Below, piece after piece: positions 9,300-17,840 of a DNA stretch of 56,826 bases. The position numbers and the translations under genes are program-made. The notes under the pieces were generated by a model. The model was not told where the DNA came from and made no database searches. It saw only the letters and a program-made list of their open reading frames with translations. The stretch spans positions 1 to 56,826 of the forward strand of contig DATJMB010000173.1 in assembly GCA_035508995.1 (NCBI GenBank), read 5' to 3'. Position 1 is the first letter of the stretch. Each line of letters opens with the position of its first letter. Source of the DNA: Solirubrobacteraceae bacterium. GTDB lineage: Bacteria; Actinomycetota; Thermoleophilia; Solirubrobacterales; Solirubrobacteraceae.

Positions 9300-10498
9300 T
9301 GAAGATCGCCCTCGTCACATCCACCCACGACAGCCACCACGGCGCCGTCGCCCACAGCCTGCGCGAGCTCGCCCGTGGCGTCACCCGCCGTGGCGGCCAC
9401 GTCGACCTGCTCGCCCACGGCCCTCAGCAGCGGCCGCTGCACCCACCCGAGGCGGGCGTGGCGGTCCACCGCTTCCAGGCCCAGCCGAGCGGCTTCGGCT
9501 ACGCCCCGCCCTCGGAGCTATGGACGCACCTGCACGGCCACGCCGATCGCTACGACCTCGTCCACGTCCACGGCCACCTGCCGCTGCCCGCCGCCACCAG
9601 CCGCGGTCTCTTCCGCCGGCTCGTCGTCAGCCCAGACCTCGCCGCCGCCGCCCCCCGCGCGCGCCGTCCGTGGGTCGCCCAGGGACAGCGCCGCCGCTTC
9701 ACCCGCACCGCCCTGGCGTCCGCCGACCTGGTCGTCTGCTCCTCGGAAACGGAGGCCGCCACCGTGATGCGCGACCTGCACGCCGCGAGCGCCGTCCCCC
9801 GCGTGCGCGTCGTGCGTCCCGGCGTCGACACCCGCGCGATCGCCGCCGCCCAGCCGTATGAGACCGCGCGGCGCACGATCCTCGCGCTCGCGCTGCCCCA
9901 GGTCAGCTGGCGCACCGAGCTCGCCATCTCGGCGCTCCCCGACCTCGGCCCCGACTACGAGCTGGTGGTGCTCGGCCTCAGGGGCGGCCGGCGCCCGCTG
10001 GAAGCGCGCGCCGCCGACATGAAGGTCGCCAGCCGCGTGCGCTTCCTGGGCCCGGTCGGCGAGGAGGAGCTCTACCGCTGGCTGAAGACCGCCTGGGTGC
10101 TCGTCGCCCCCGACAACCTCGCCGGCGGCGGCGCCGCCACGGGGCTCACCCTGATGCAGGCCGCCTGCGCCGGCACGCCCGTCGTGGCCTCGGACACCCC
10201 CGCCAACCGCGAGGCCGCCGAGGCCATCGACCACGCCGCCGCCGTGAGCCTCGTCTCGGTTCGCACCTCGCCGCTGACGCTGGCCGACGAGATCGCCCGC
10301 GCCGCCCAGCTGCGCGTCGGCCCGCTCGCCTCGCTGGCGGTGCCTTCGCTCGAGTACGCCGCCGACCAGACCGTCTCGCTCTACTCCGATCTGCTCGAGG
10401 ACCGCCTCGAGGGCGAGGGCGGACGCTCGGCCAGGCGCTCGCCGACCGTGGTGCCGCTGCACCGCGACGAGGCCCGCGTCCTCGGCGGTGCCAGATGA
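9296..10498 (+). CDS. GT4-like (GT-B fold) glycosyltransferase, divergent
   Basis: MKIALVT, DLVHVH, RPGVD, VRFLGPV, AGTPVVASD; ATGA overlap with upstream gene. Confidence 0.8.
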   Translation: MMKIALVTSTHDSHHGAVAHSLRELARGVTRRGGHVDLLAHGPQQRPLHPPEAGVAVHRFQAQPSGFGYAPPSELWTHLHGHADRYDLVHVHGHLPLPAATSRGLFRRLVVSPDLAAAAPRARRPWVAQGQRRRFTRTALASADLVVCSSETEAATVMRDLHAASAVPRVRVVRPGVDTRAIAAAQPYETARRTILALALPQVSWRTELAISALPDLGPDYELVVLGLRGGRRPLEARAADMKVASRVRFLGPVGEEELYRWLKTAWVLVAPDNLAGGGAATGLTLMQAACAGTPVVASDTPANREAAEAIDHAAAVSLVSVRTSPLTLADEIARAAQLRVGPLASLAVPSLEYAADQTVSLYSDLLEDRLEGEGGRSARRSPTVVPLHRDEARVLGGAR

Positions 10499-11931
10499 GC
10501 GTCTTCGCGCGTGCTCGCACGCCCACCGCGCCGGGCCCCGACTCGCGCGAGGAGCTCCCGTTCGGCCCGCTCGCGCCGTCGCCCGGCGCGCCCGCGCAGC
10601 GAGCGCCCCACGTGGCGATCCTCGACGTCGACGTCGCCGAGGGCCTGCCCGCGATCCCCGGCCACGACGAGCACGGCCGTCGCTGGAGCGCCGCCCTGGT
10701 GCTCGTGCGCGTCTTCACAGAGCCCGTCGGCGTGCTCGAGCTCGCGCCCCCGGCCGACGGCGTCTCCGCGCGGGAGCTGGCCCGCGCGATCGCCTCCACC
10801 CTCGGTGGGCGCGTCGGCGCCCGCATCCTCGCCGCCGGCCTGGAGTGGCAGGGGGACGTCCCCAGCGACGGCCTCGAGCCCGCGCAGGCGCCCCCGTATC
10901 TGGCCGCCCGGGAGCTGGTGCTCGCGCAGGCGCCGTCCCTGACCGTCGCCATCTGCACCCGCAATCGCCCCGCCGGCCTGGCCAAGTGCCTGGCGAGCAT
11001 CGTCGGCCAGGAGTACCCCTCCCTGCGGGTCCTGGTGGTGGACAACGATCCCAGCGACGACAGCGCCCAGGCGGTCGCCCGCGAATACGAGTCCCGCCTG
11101 GCCCTCGATTACGTGCGCGAGCCACGCCCCGGCCTCTCGTGGGCGCGCAACCGCGCGATCGACGCCTCCGACGCGGAGATCCTCGCCTGGATCGACGACG
11201 ACGAGGAGCTCGCCGACCCGTGGTGGGCGGCGGAGGTCGCCCGCGCCTTCGTCGAGCACCCCGAGGCCGGCGCCGCCAGCGGCATGATCCTGCCGGCCGA
11301 GATCGAGACCGCCTCCCAGCTCCAGTTCGAGCAGTACGGCGGCCACAGCAAGGGCCGCGACTTCACCCGCGAGGTGTTCGCCGCCGCCGGCCCCGGCGCT
11401 CAGCACCCGCTCTACCCCCTGCCGCCCTTCGGCACCGGCGGCAACATGGCCTTCCGCCGCGACGCCATGGAGCTCATCGGCCGCTTCGACCCGGCCCTCG
11501 GCGCCGGCACCAAGACGCTTGCCGGCGAGGACACGGCGGCCTTCAGCGCCCTGCTGTACCTCGGCGGAACCGTCGTCTGGCAGCCGAGCGCGATCGTCCG
11601 CCACTGGCACCGCCGCGAGCCCGACGCGCTCGCCAAGCTCTTCCACGGCTACGGCCGCGGCCTCACCGCCTACTACGCGAGCATGCTCGCCCGCCATCCC
11701 AGCACGCTGCCGCGGCTGCTGGGTCTCGCCCCGCGCGCGCTCGTGGACTTCGTCTCCCCCCACGGCGCCCGCCTCTCCGGGCTCGCCAGCGACTTCCCCC
11801 GCGATTTGCTGCGCGTCCACCGCCGTGGCGTCTTCGAGGGGCCCGGCATGTACGTACGCGCTCGTCGCCACGCCCGCCGCCTGCGCGACGGCGGCGGCGT
11901 GTCGCGCCAGACGGGAGGCCGGCCGGCATGA
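10495..11931 (+). CDS. GT2 glycosyltransferase with N-terminal accessory domain
   Basis: TVAICTRNR, VVDN, GLSWARN, WIDDD, GTGGNMAFRR, GED. Confidence 0.9.
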   Translation: MSVFARARTPTAPGPDSREELPFGPLAPSPGAPAQRAPHVAILDVDVAEGLPAIPGHDEHGRRWSAALVLVRVFTEPVGVLELAPPADGVSARELARAIASTLGGRVGARILAAGLEWQGDVPSDGLEPAQAPPYLAARELVLAQAPSLTVAICTRNRPAGLAKCLASIVGQEYPSLRVLVVDNDPSDDSAQAVAREYESRLALDYVREPRPGLSWARNRAIDASDAEILAWIDDDEELADPWWAAEVARAFVEHPEAGAASGMILPAEIETASQLQFEQYGGHSKGRDFTREVFAAAGPGAQHPLYPLPPFGTGGNMAFRRDAMELIGRFDPALGAGTKTLAGEDTAAFSALLYLGGTVVWQPSAIVRHWHRREPDALAKLFHGYGRGLTAYYASMLARHPSTLPRLLGLAPRALVDFVSPHGARLSGLASDFPRDLLRVHRRGVFEGPGMYVRARRHARRLRDGGGVSRQTGGRPA

Positions 11932-12776
11932 GTCCCACCCCGTCCCCGCCGGGCGTGGCGATCCTCATGTACCACAGCATCGCGCCCGCCGGCACCGACG
12001 CCTTCGGCGAGCTCACGGTGCCCCCGAGCCTGTTCGCCGAGCACCTCGCCGCGCTGGTGGAGTCCGGCTGTGAGCTCGTGCGCGTCGCCGAGGTGCCCGC
12101 GCTGCTGGCGCAGCCACCCGCGCGGGGGCCGCGCGTGGCGATCACGCTCGACGACGGCCTCGCCGACGTCGCCACCGGCGCCGCCCCCGCGCTCGCCGCG
12201 CACGGCCTGCCCGCGACTCTGTTCGTGCCCAGCGCCTACGTCGGCGACCGCGCCCGCTGGCTGAGCGGCGCGGACGCCCGCCGGCCCCTGCTGAGCTGGA
12301 GCGAGCTCGCGCAGCTCGCCGACGCGGGCCTGGAGATCGGCTCCCACGGCCACCTGCACCTCGCGGCCGACGTCAACGACCCCGCGCACGTGCGCGAGGA
12401 CGCGATTCGCAGCCGCGCCACGCTCGAGGAGCGCCTCGCCCGGCCCGTGCGCAGCTACGCCTACCCCTTCGGCTATCGCACGCCCCGCGCCGGCGCCGCC
12501 GTCGCACAGGCCGGCTTCGCGCAGGCCTGCGCCGTCGCCGAGCTGCCGGCCGTCGCCGGCGAGGACCGCTTCGCGCTGCCCCGCCTGCACGCCCGGCCGC
12601 ACACCACCCCCGAGGAGCTCGTGGCGCTCGTGCGCCACCGCCCCGCGGGAGCGCTGCGCCGCTGGGCCCACGCCAAGCAGTCGCTGTGGCGCGCCGGCAG
12701 GCGGCTGGCGGGCTGGGGGCCGGCCGAGGCGGGCGTGCTGTCCCCCGAGCGCCTCGCGATCGAGCTGGGAGCGTGA
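11928..12776 (+). CDS. Polysaccharide deacetylase (NodB/IcaB-like)
   Basis: C-terminal part of track ORF 10488..12776: ILMYHSI, ITLDDG, EIGSHGHLH, YAYPFG, LPRL; ATGA overlap. Confidence 0.9.
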   Translation: MSPTPSPPGVAILMYHSIAPAGTDAFGELTVPPSLFAEHLAALVESGCELVRVAEVPALLAQPPARGPRVAITLDDGLADVATGAAPALAAHGLPATLFVPSAYVGDRARWLSGADARRPLLSWSELAQLADAGLEIGSHGHLHLAADVNDPAHVREDAIRSRATLEERLARPVRSYAYPFGYRTPRAGAAVAQAGFAQACAVAELPAVAGEDRFALPRLHARPHTTPEELVALVRHRPAGALRRWAHAKQSLWRAGRRLAGWGPAEAGVLSPERLAIELGA

Positions 12777-12780
12777 GCCC

Positions 12781-14133
12781 ATGGCGGTCGAGCAGCTCGA
12801 GCCTCCGATCCAGCCTGCCGACTCGCGGACAGCCGTCGCCGGCCCGCCCGGCCCGGTGCGCGTGTTGGTGCTCGACGTCGCCGAGCTGCCCGCCGTCCTG
12901 GACTGCGCCCACCCCGACGGCGGCACGTATGAGGCGCTGTGGGTGCTCGCGATGCGCGACGCCCGCCCGCTCGGCATGGTCGAGGTGCCGGTCCACGCGC
13001 CAGAGCTCGATGCCGCCGAGCTGCGCCGCGCGCTGAGCGCCGGCCTGGGCGAGCGCTGGCTCGCGCCGGCGCCGAGCGAGCCAGCCCACCAATCGCCCGC
13101 CTTGGCGCTGCCGCGCGCCTCGGTCGTGGTGCCCACCAGCCTCGGGCGCCCCGAGCAGCTGCTGGCCTGCGTGCGGGCGCTCGCGCGGCTCGACTACCCC
13201 GACTACGAGATCGTGGTCGTCGACAACCGCCGCCAGGGCGGCGCCGGCGAGGAGGTGCTGGCGCGCCTGGGGGAGATCGCGCCGGTGCGCGTCGTGGCCC
13301 AGCGCCGTCCCGGCATCTCCGCGGCGCGCAACGCCGGCATCGCGGTGGCCGACGGCGAGATCGTGGCCTTCACCGACGACGACGTCGAGGTCGATCGCGG
13401 CTGGCTGCGGGCGCTGGGCGAGCGCTTCGTGCGCGAGCCCGGCGTGGCGGGCGTCACCGGCATGGTCGTCCCCAAGGAGCTCGAGACGCCGGCCCAGATC
13501 TGGTTCGAGGAGTCCGGCACGGGCCTGGACCGGACCTTCGCCACGCTGAGCTTCGAGCTCCAGGCGCCCGCCACCGGCCACCCGCTCGCCGGCGAGCGCT
13601 TTCGCATGCTGCGCATCGCCGCCGGCGAGAGCGCCGCGCGCGTGGACTCCCTCTACGCCGTCGGCGAGCTCGGCCAGGGCGCGAACATGGCCTTTCGCGC
13701 GAGCGCCCTGCGCGCCGCCGGCGGCTTCGACGAGGCGCTCGGCGCCGGCACGCCCGCCCAGGGCGGCGAGGACCTCGCGATGCTGGTCGAGCTGCTGGTC
13801 GCCGGCAGCCGCCTGGCCTACGAGCCGACCGCGATCGTCCATCACACCCACCGCCGCACCCTGCCCGAGCTCGAACGCCAGATCCTCGGCTACGGGCTCG
13901 GCTTCACGGCGATGCTCACCGCCCTGGTCTGGCGCGACCCGCGCCACCTGCTCGGTCTCGCGCGGGTGCTCCCCGCGGGGCTTCACGCGATGCTCGGCGG
14001 CCCATCCACCAAGCGCGTGCGCCGCTCCGCCGGCTTTCCGCCCCACCTCGCCCGCCTCGAGCTGGTGGGCATGGTGCGCGGGCCGCTCGCCTACCTCGCC
14101 AGCCGCCGCTCCCAGCGCAGGTGGCGACCGTGA
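12781..14133 (+). CDS. GT2 glycosyltransferase with N-terminal accessory domain
   Basis: SVVVPT, VVVDN, GISAARNAG, FTDDD, GANMAFR, GGEDL. Confidence 0.9.
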   Translation: MAVEQLEPPIQPADSRTAVAGPPGPVRVLVLDVAELPAVLDCAHPDGGTYEALWVLAMRDARPLGMVEVPVHAPELDAAELRRALSAGLGERWLAPAPSEPAHQSPALALPRASVVVPTSLGRPEQLLACVRALARLDYPDYEIVVVDNRRQGGAGEEVLARLGEIAPVRVVAQRRPGISAARNAGIAVADGEIVAFTDDDVEVDRGWLRALGERFVREPGVAGVTGMVVPKELETPAQIWFEESGTGLDRTFATLSFELQAPATGHPLAGERFRMLRIAAGESAARVDSLYAVGELGQGANMAFRASALRAAGGFDEALGAGTPAQGGEDLAMLVELLVAGSRLAYEPTAIVHHTHRRTLPELERQILGYGLGFTAMLTALVWRDPRHLLGLARVLPAGLHAMLGGPSTKRVRRSAGFPPHLARLELVGMVRGPLAYLASRRSQRRWRP

Positions 14134-15530
14134 GCCAGACCGCGCCGATCAAGGTCTGCACGCTCGACCTCGAGCGCCTGCCCGCGGAGGTGTCCACACG
14201 GCATCCCGAAGGCGGTCGCTACCGCGGCCTGTGGCTGCTGGTGCGCGGCAACGGACGGCCACTGCAGATGCTGCGCCTGACGCCCACGGGCCGGGACGCC
14301 GAGGGAATCGACCGCGAGCGCCTGCGGCTGCACATCGAACGCGCCGGCGTCGACGTCCGCGACATCGCTCCGGGCGTGCAGGCGCCGGAGCGGGCGAAGG
14401 CGCCGAGGATCTCGGTGATCGTGCCCAGCACCCTCGCCCGGCGCGAGGGGCTGTGTCGCTGCCTGGAGTCCCTGGAAGCGCTCGACTACCCCGACGCCGA
14501 GCTGCTGCTGGTGGACAACCGCCGCGACGGCGACGGCCGCCACCCGCAGTGGCTCGAGCGCTTCCCCGCGGTGCGCGTCCTGCACGAGCGCCGCCCCGGC
14601 ATCTCGGCCGCCCGCAACCGCGGCCTGGGCGAGGCCGGCGGCGAGCTGGTGGCGTTCACCGACGACGACGTCACCGTGGACCCCGGCTGGCTGAGCGCGC
14701 TGGCCGCCCGCTTCGCCGCCCGCCCCGAGGAGGCGTGCGTGACGGGCCTCGTGATCCCCGCCGAGCTCGAGACGCCCGCCCAGGTGATGCTCGAGCGCTA
14801 CTACGAAGGCGGCGGCTACGGGCCGACGATCTTCAAGCCCGTCAGCCATCGCCTGCTCCCCTGCCCCGACGGCGTCGCGCGCGGCCACCGCGGCATGGTG
14901 GGACAGTTCGACGACGACGATCGCCTGCTGCGCGACTTCTCGCTGTACGCCGCCGGCACCTTCGGCGCGGGCGCCAACATGGCCTTCCGCACGGCCGCCC
15001 TGCGCGCCGTGGGCGGCTTCGACGAAAGCCTCGGCGCGGGCATGCCCTCGTGCGGCGGCGAGGACCTCGGCATGTTCGTCCAGCTCGCCTGGCGGGGCCA
15101 CAGCGTCGGCTTCGAGCCGGCCGCGCTCGTCCACCACACCCATCGCCGTGACGACAGCGCCCTGCGGAAGCACATCGAAGGCTACGGCGTGGGCTTCAGC
15201 GCCCTGATGGTCGCGCTCGTGGACTACGACCGCCGCCACCTGGAGGCGATGCTCGCGATCCTGCCCCGCGGCGTGCGCTCGCTGCTGGGCACCTACGCCC
15301 GCAAGCTGCGCGGCCGCTCGGGCCAGACCGGGATCGCGGAGGGCGCGAGCGCGGCGAGCGAGAACGGCGCCGCCGGCCACGGCGCCGCTGCCGCCGCCAC
15401 CGACGGGGGGACGCCCAACGACGAGCACCGCCGCGCGATGTCGCGCCTGGCGCGCCTGGAGCTGCGCGGCATGGCCCGCGGGCCCGCCGCCTACCGCTCC
15501 AGCAGGCGCCTGGTCCGGGAGCGGCGATGA
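14130..15530 (+). CDS. GT2 glycosyltransferase with N-terminal accessory domain
   Basis: GTGA overlap; SVIVPS, LVDN, GISAARNRG, FTDDD, GANMAFR, GGEDL; close paralog of 12781..14133. Confidence 0.9.
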   Translation: MSQTAPIKVCTLDLERLPAEVSTRHPEGGRYRGLWLLVRGNGRPLQMLRLTPTGRDAEGIDRERLRLHIERAGVDVRDIAPGVQAPERAKAPRISVIVPSTLARREGLCRCLESLEALDYPDAELLLVDNRRDGDGRHPQWLERFPAVRVLHERRPGISAARNRGLGEAGGELVAFTDDDVTVDPGWLSALAARFAARPEEACVTGLVIPAELETPAQVMLERYYEGGGYGPTIFKPVSHRLLPCPDGVARGHRGMVGQFDDDDRLLRDFSLYAAGTFGAGANMAFRTAALRAVGGFDESLGAGMPSCGGEDLGMFVQLAWRGHSVGFEPAALVHHTHRRDDSALRKHIEGYGVGFSALMVALVDYDRRHLEAMLAILPRGVRSLLGTYARKLRGRSGQTGIAEGASAASENGAAGHGAAAAATDGGTPNDEHRRAMSRLARLELRGMARGPAAYRSSRRLVRERR

Positions 15531-16801
15531 GGCTCGTCAAACCGGAGAAGATGACCCTCAACGCCGTCTCCCTGATGACGGCCACGATCGCCACCAACGC
15601 GCTCGGCCTCGTCTTCTGGGCGGTCGCCGCGCACGTGCACAGCGCCAACGCCGTGGGCGCCGCGTTCGCGGAGATCTCGGCGCTCACGCTGCTGGCCACG
15701 CTCGCCCAACTGAACCTCACCAACGTCTTCATCCGCTTCGTCCCCAAAGCGGGACGCAAGACGATGGCCTTCGTGCTGCGCGGCTACGCCGTGATCATCG
15801 GCCTCGCGCTCGTGCTCGGCGCGGCGTTCGTGGCCAGCGGCGTGGGCTCGGGGTACGTGCACGCGGGCCTCGCCGAACGGCTGCTGTTCGTGGTGGCGGC
15901 CGCCCTGTTCGCGATCTTCGCCCTGCAGGACTCGGTGCTCACCGCGCTTCGCATCACCCACTGGGTGCCCGTGGAGAACGTCAGCTTCGCCGCCGCCAAG
16001 CTCGCGCTGCTGCCGCTGCTGGCGTTCCTGCCCGCGCGCACCAGCATCGTGGTCGCGTGGGTGCTGCCCGTGGCGGTGGCGGTGGTGATCGTCAACGGGC
16101 TGCTGTACCGCACCGCGCTCGGCCGCACCCGCCACGCCCAGGGGGGAGAGCTGCCCGGCCGGCGGCGGCTGATGTCGTTCCTCGCCGCCGAGTACTCCAC
16201 CACGCTGTGCGCCGCCGCCACCGTGCAGCTGATGCCGCTGATCGTGGTGTGGAGGCTGGGGACCGCGTACGCCGCCTACTTCTCGCTGCCGTGGCTGGTG
16301 TGCATCGGCATCACCCTGCTGCAGTGGAACGTCGGCGCATCCTTCGTCGTGGAGGCCGTTACCGCCGGCGGCTACACGCCGCGGCTGCTGCGCCGCGGCC
16401 TGCAGCTGTGGGGCGCCGTGGTGGTGGGCGCGGTGGTGGTGTGCTGCTTCGGCGCCGCGCTGATCCTGCGCCTCGAGGGTCCCGCCTACGCCGCTCACGG
16501 CGTGACCCTGCTGCGCCTGATCGGCGCGAGCGCGCCCTTCTCGGCGGTCGTCGTGCTCTACGGCGCCTTCGCCTGGCTCGACCAGCGCCTGTGGCGCCTG
16601 GTCGCGATCCAGGCCGCCTCGGGCGCGATCCTGCTGGGCCTGAGCTTCGTGCTGATGCCGCGCCTGGGGCTCGCGGGCGTCGGCTGGGCCAACCTCGCGG
16701 CGCAGGTGGCGGGAGCGCTGCTGATGGCGCCCGCCGTGTACTCGCGCCTGGCGGGGCGCAGCTCGCGCGTGGTCGTGGCCGCCACGGAGGGGCTCTCGTG
16801 A
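15527..16801 (+). CDS. Wzx-like polysaccharide flippase (MOP family)
   Basis: About 12 hydrophobic segments; LNAVSLM...LGLVFWAVAAH, FIRFVP. Confidence 0.82.
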   Translation: MRLVKPEKMTLNAVSLMTATIATNALGLVFWAVAAHVHSANAVGAAFAEISALTLLATLAQLNLTNVFIRFVPKAGRKTMAFVLRGYAVIIGLALVLGAAFVASGVGSGYVHAGLAERLLFVVAAALFAIFALQDSVLTALRITHWVPVENVSFAAAKLALLPLLAFLPARTSIVVAWVLPVAVAVVIVNGLLYRTALGRTRHAQGGELPGRRRLMSFLAAEYSTTLCAAATVQLMPLIVVWRLGTAYAAYFSLPWLVCIGITLLQWNVGASFVVEAVTAGGYTPRLLRRGLQLWGAVVVGAVVVCCFGAALILRLEGPAYAAHGVTLLRLIGASAPFSAVVVLYGAFAWLDQRLWRLVAIQAASGAILLGLSFVLMPRLGLAGVGWANLAAQVAGALLMAPAVYSRLAGRSSRVVVAATEGLS

Positions 16802-17472
16802 GCCCGACCGATCCGATCGCCGCCGCGGCCGCCGCCGTGCGGGCCGCCGCCACCGCCGCGCCAACCAACGGCGGCGCCCACGCCGCCACGGCCAACGGCG
16901 CCGGCGGGCCGGCGCCGGCGGGAGGGGTGCTGCCCGACGAATCGCGGTCCGGGCGCGACTGGCGGGCGGCGCTCGAGGGGCTCGCGCTCGACGCCCGCCA
17001 CGCCGCCCGCTGGACGATGCGGGGCCGCATCGCGACGTCCCCGCTGGTGCCCGAGCCCCTACGCCGCTATCTCGTGCGTCTCGGCGGCGTTGACCTGCAG
17101 GGCATGGTCTACGGGCTCGAGCGCTGCTGGTTTCAGTCCGCGCACATCTCGATCGGCTCGGGCACCTATCTCAACGCCGGCTGCTGGTTCGAGGGCAACG
17201 GGCGCATCGAGGTGGGCAACGACTGCCTGTTCGGCCCCGAGGTGATGGTGCTCACGTCCACCCACGCGCAGCTCCCCGGCGGCGCCATCGCGCGGGTCTC
17301 AGAATCGCGCGCCGTGCGCATCGGGGCGCGCTCGTGGCTCGGTGCCCGCGCGGTCGTGCTGCCCGGCGTGGAGATCGGCGCGGGCGCCGTGATCGCCGCC
17401 GGCGCCGTGGTGAGCAGGGACTGCGAGGCCGGCGGCTATTACGGCGGCGTGCCCGCGCGGAGGATCCGCTGA
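16798..17472 (+). CDS. Hexapeptide-repeat (LbH) O-acyltransferase
   Basis: GTGA overlap; ISIGSGTYLN, IEVGNDCLFGP, VRIGARSWLGA, GVEIGAGAVIAAGAVV, GVPARRI. Confidence 0.88.
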   Translation: MSPTDPIAAAAAAVRAAATAAPTNGGAHAATANGAGGPAPAGGVLPDESRSGRDWRAALEGLALDARHAARWTMRGRIATSPLVPEPLRRYLVRLGGVDLQGMVYGLERCWFQSAHISIGSGTYLNAGCWFEGNGRIEVGNDCLFGPEVMVLTSTHAQLPGGAIARVSESRAVRIGARSWLGARAVVLPGVEIGAGAVIAAGAVVSRDCEAGGYYGGVPARRIR

Positions 17473-17840
17473 TGGGCGACCCGCGCACCACCGCGACGGC
17501 TCGGGTGGGCGTGCTCGTGGGCGTGCTCGCGCCCGCGATCGTGCTGCTCAGCCCCTGGAAGGGCCTGGCGCTGGCGGCGGTGCTCGTGTTCGCCGCCGCC
17601 GGCCTCGGCCCCGGGATCATGTGCTGGCTGGACGCCGGCGAGGCCTATGCGCAGCTTGGCATCACCTTCGCGCTCAGCCTCTCCTGCTTCGCGCTCGCCG
17701 CCGCGATCATGATCTGGCTGGCCGCCTGGCATCCGCTCGTGCTGCTGGCGCTCGCGATCCCCAGCGTGCTCTCCTGCCTGCGCCGCCTCGCGCGGCGCCC
17801 CCCGCCCGATCGCCTCGGCGAGCCGCAGGTGGCGCGGTGA
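17472..17840 (+). CDS. Small ~4-TM membrane protein
   Basis: TGATG overlap; strongly hydrophobic 122 aa; coupled to the next gene. Confidence 0.75.
   Translation: MGDPRTTATARVGVLVGVLAPAIVLLSPWKGLALAAVLVFAAAGLGPGIMCWLDAGEAYAQLGITFALSLSCFALAAAIMIWLAAWHPLVLLALAIPSVLSCLRRLARRPPPDRLGEPQVAR

Noticed and set aside
10488-15530. Apparent large fusion proteins (762 aa at 10488, 863 aa at 12939)
   Set aside because: The N-terminal parts are off-frame overlaps of upstream genes; true starts are at ATGA/GTGA overlaps 11928 and 14130.
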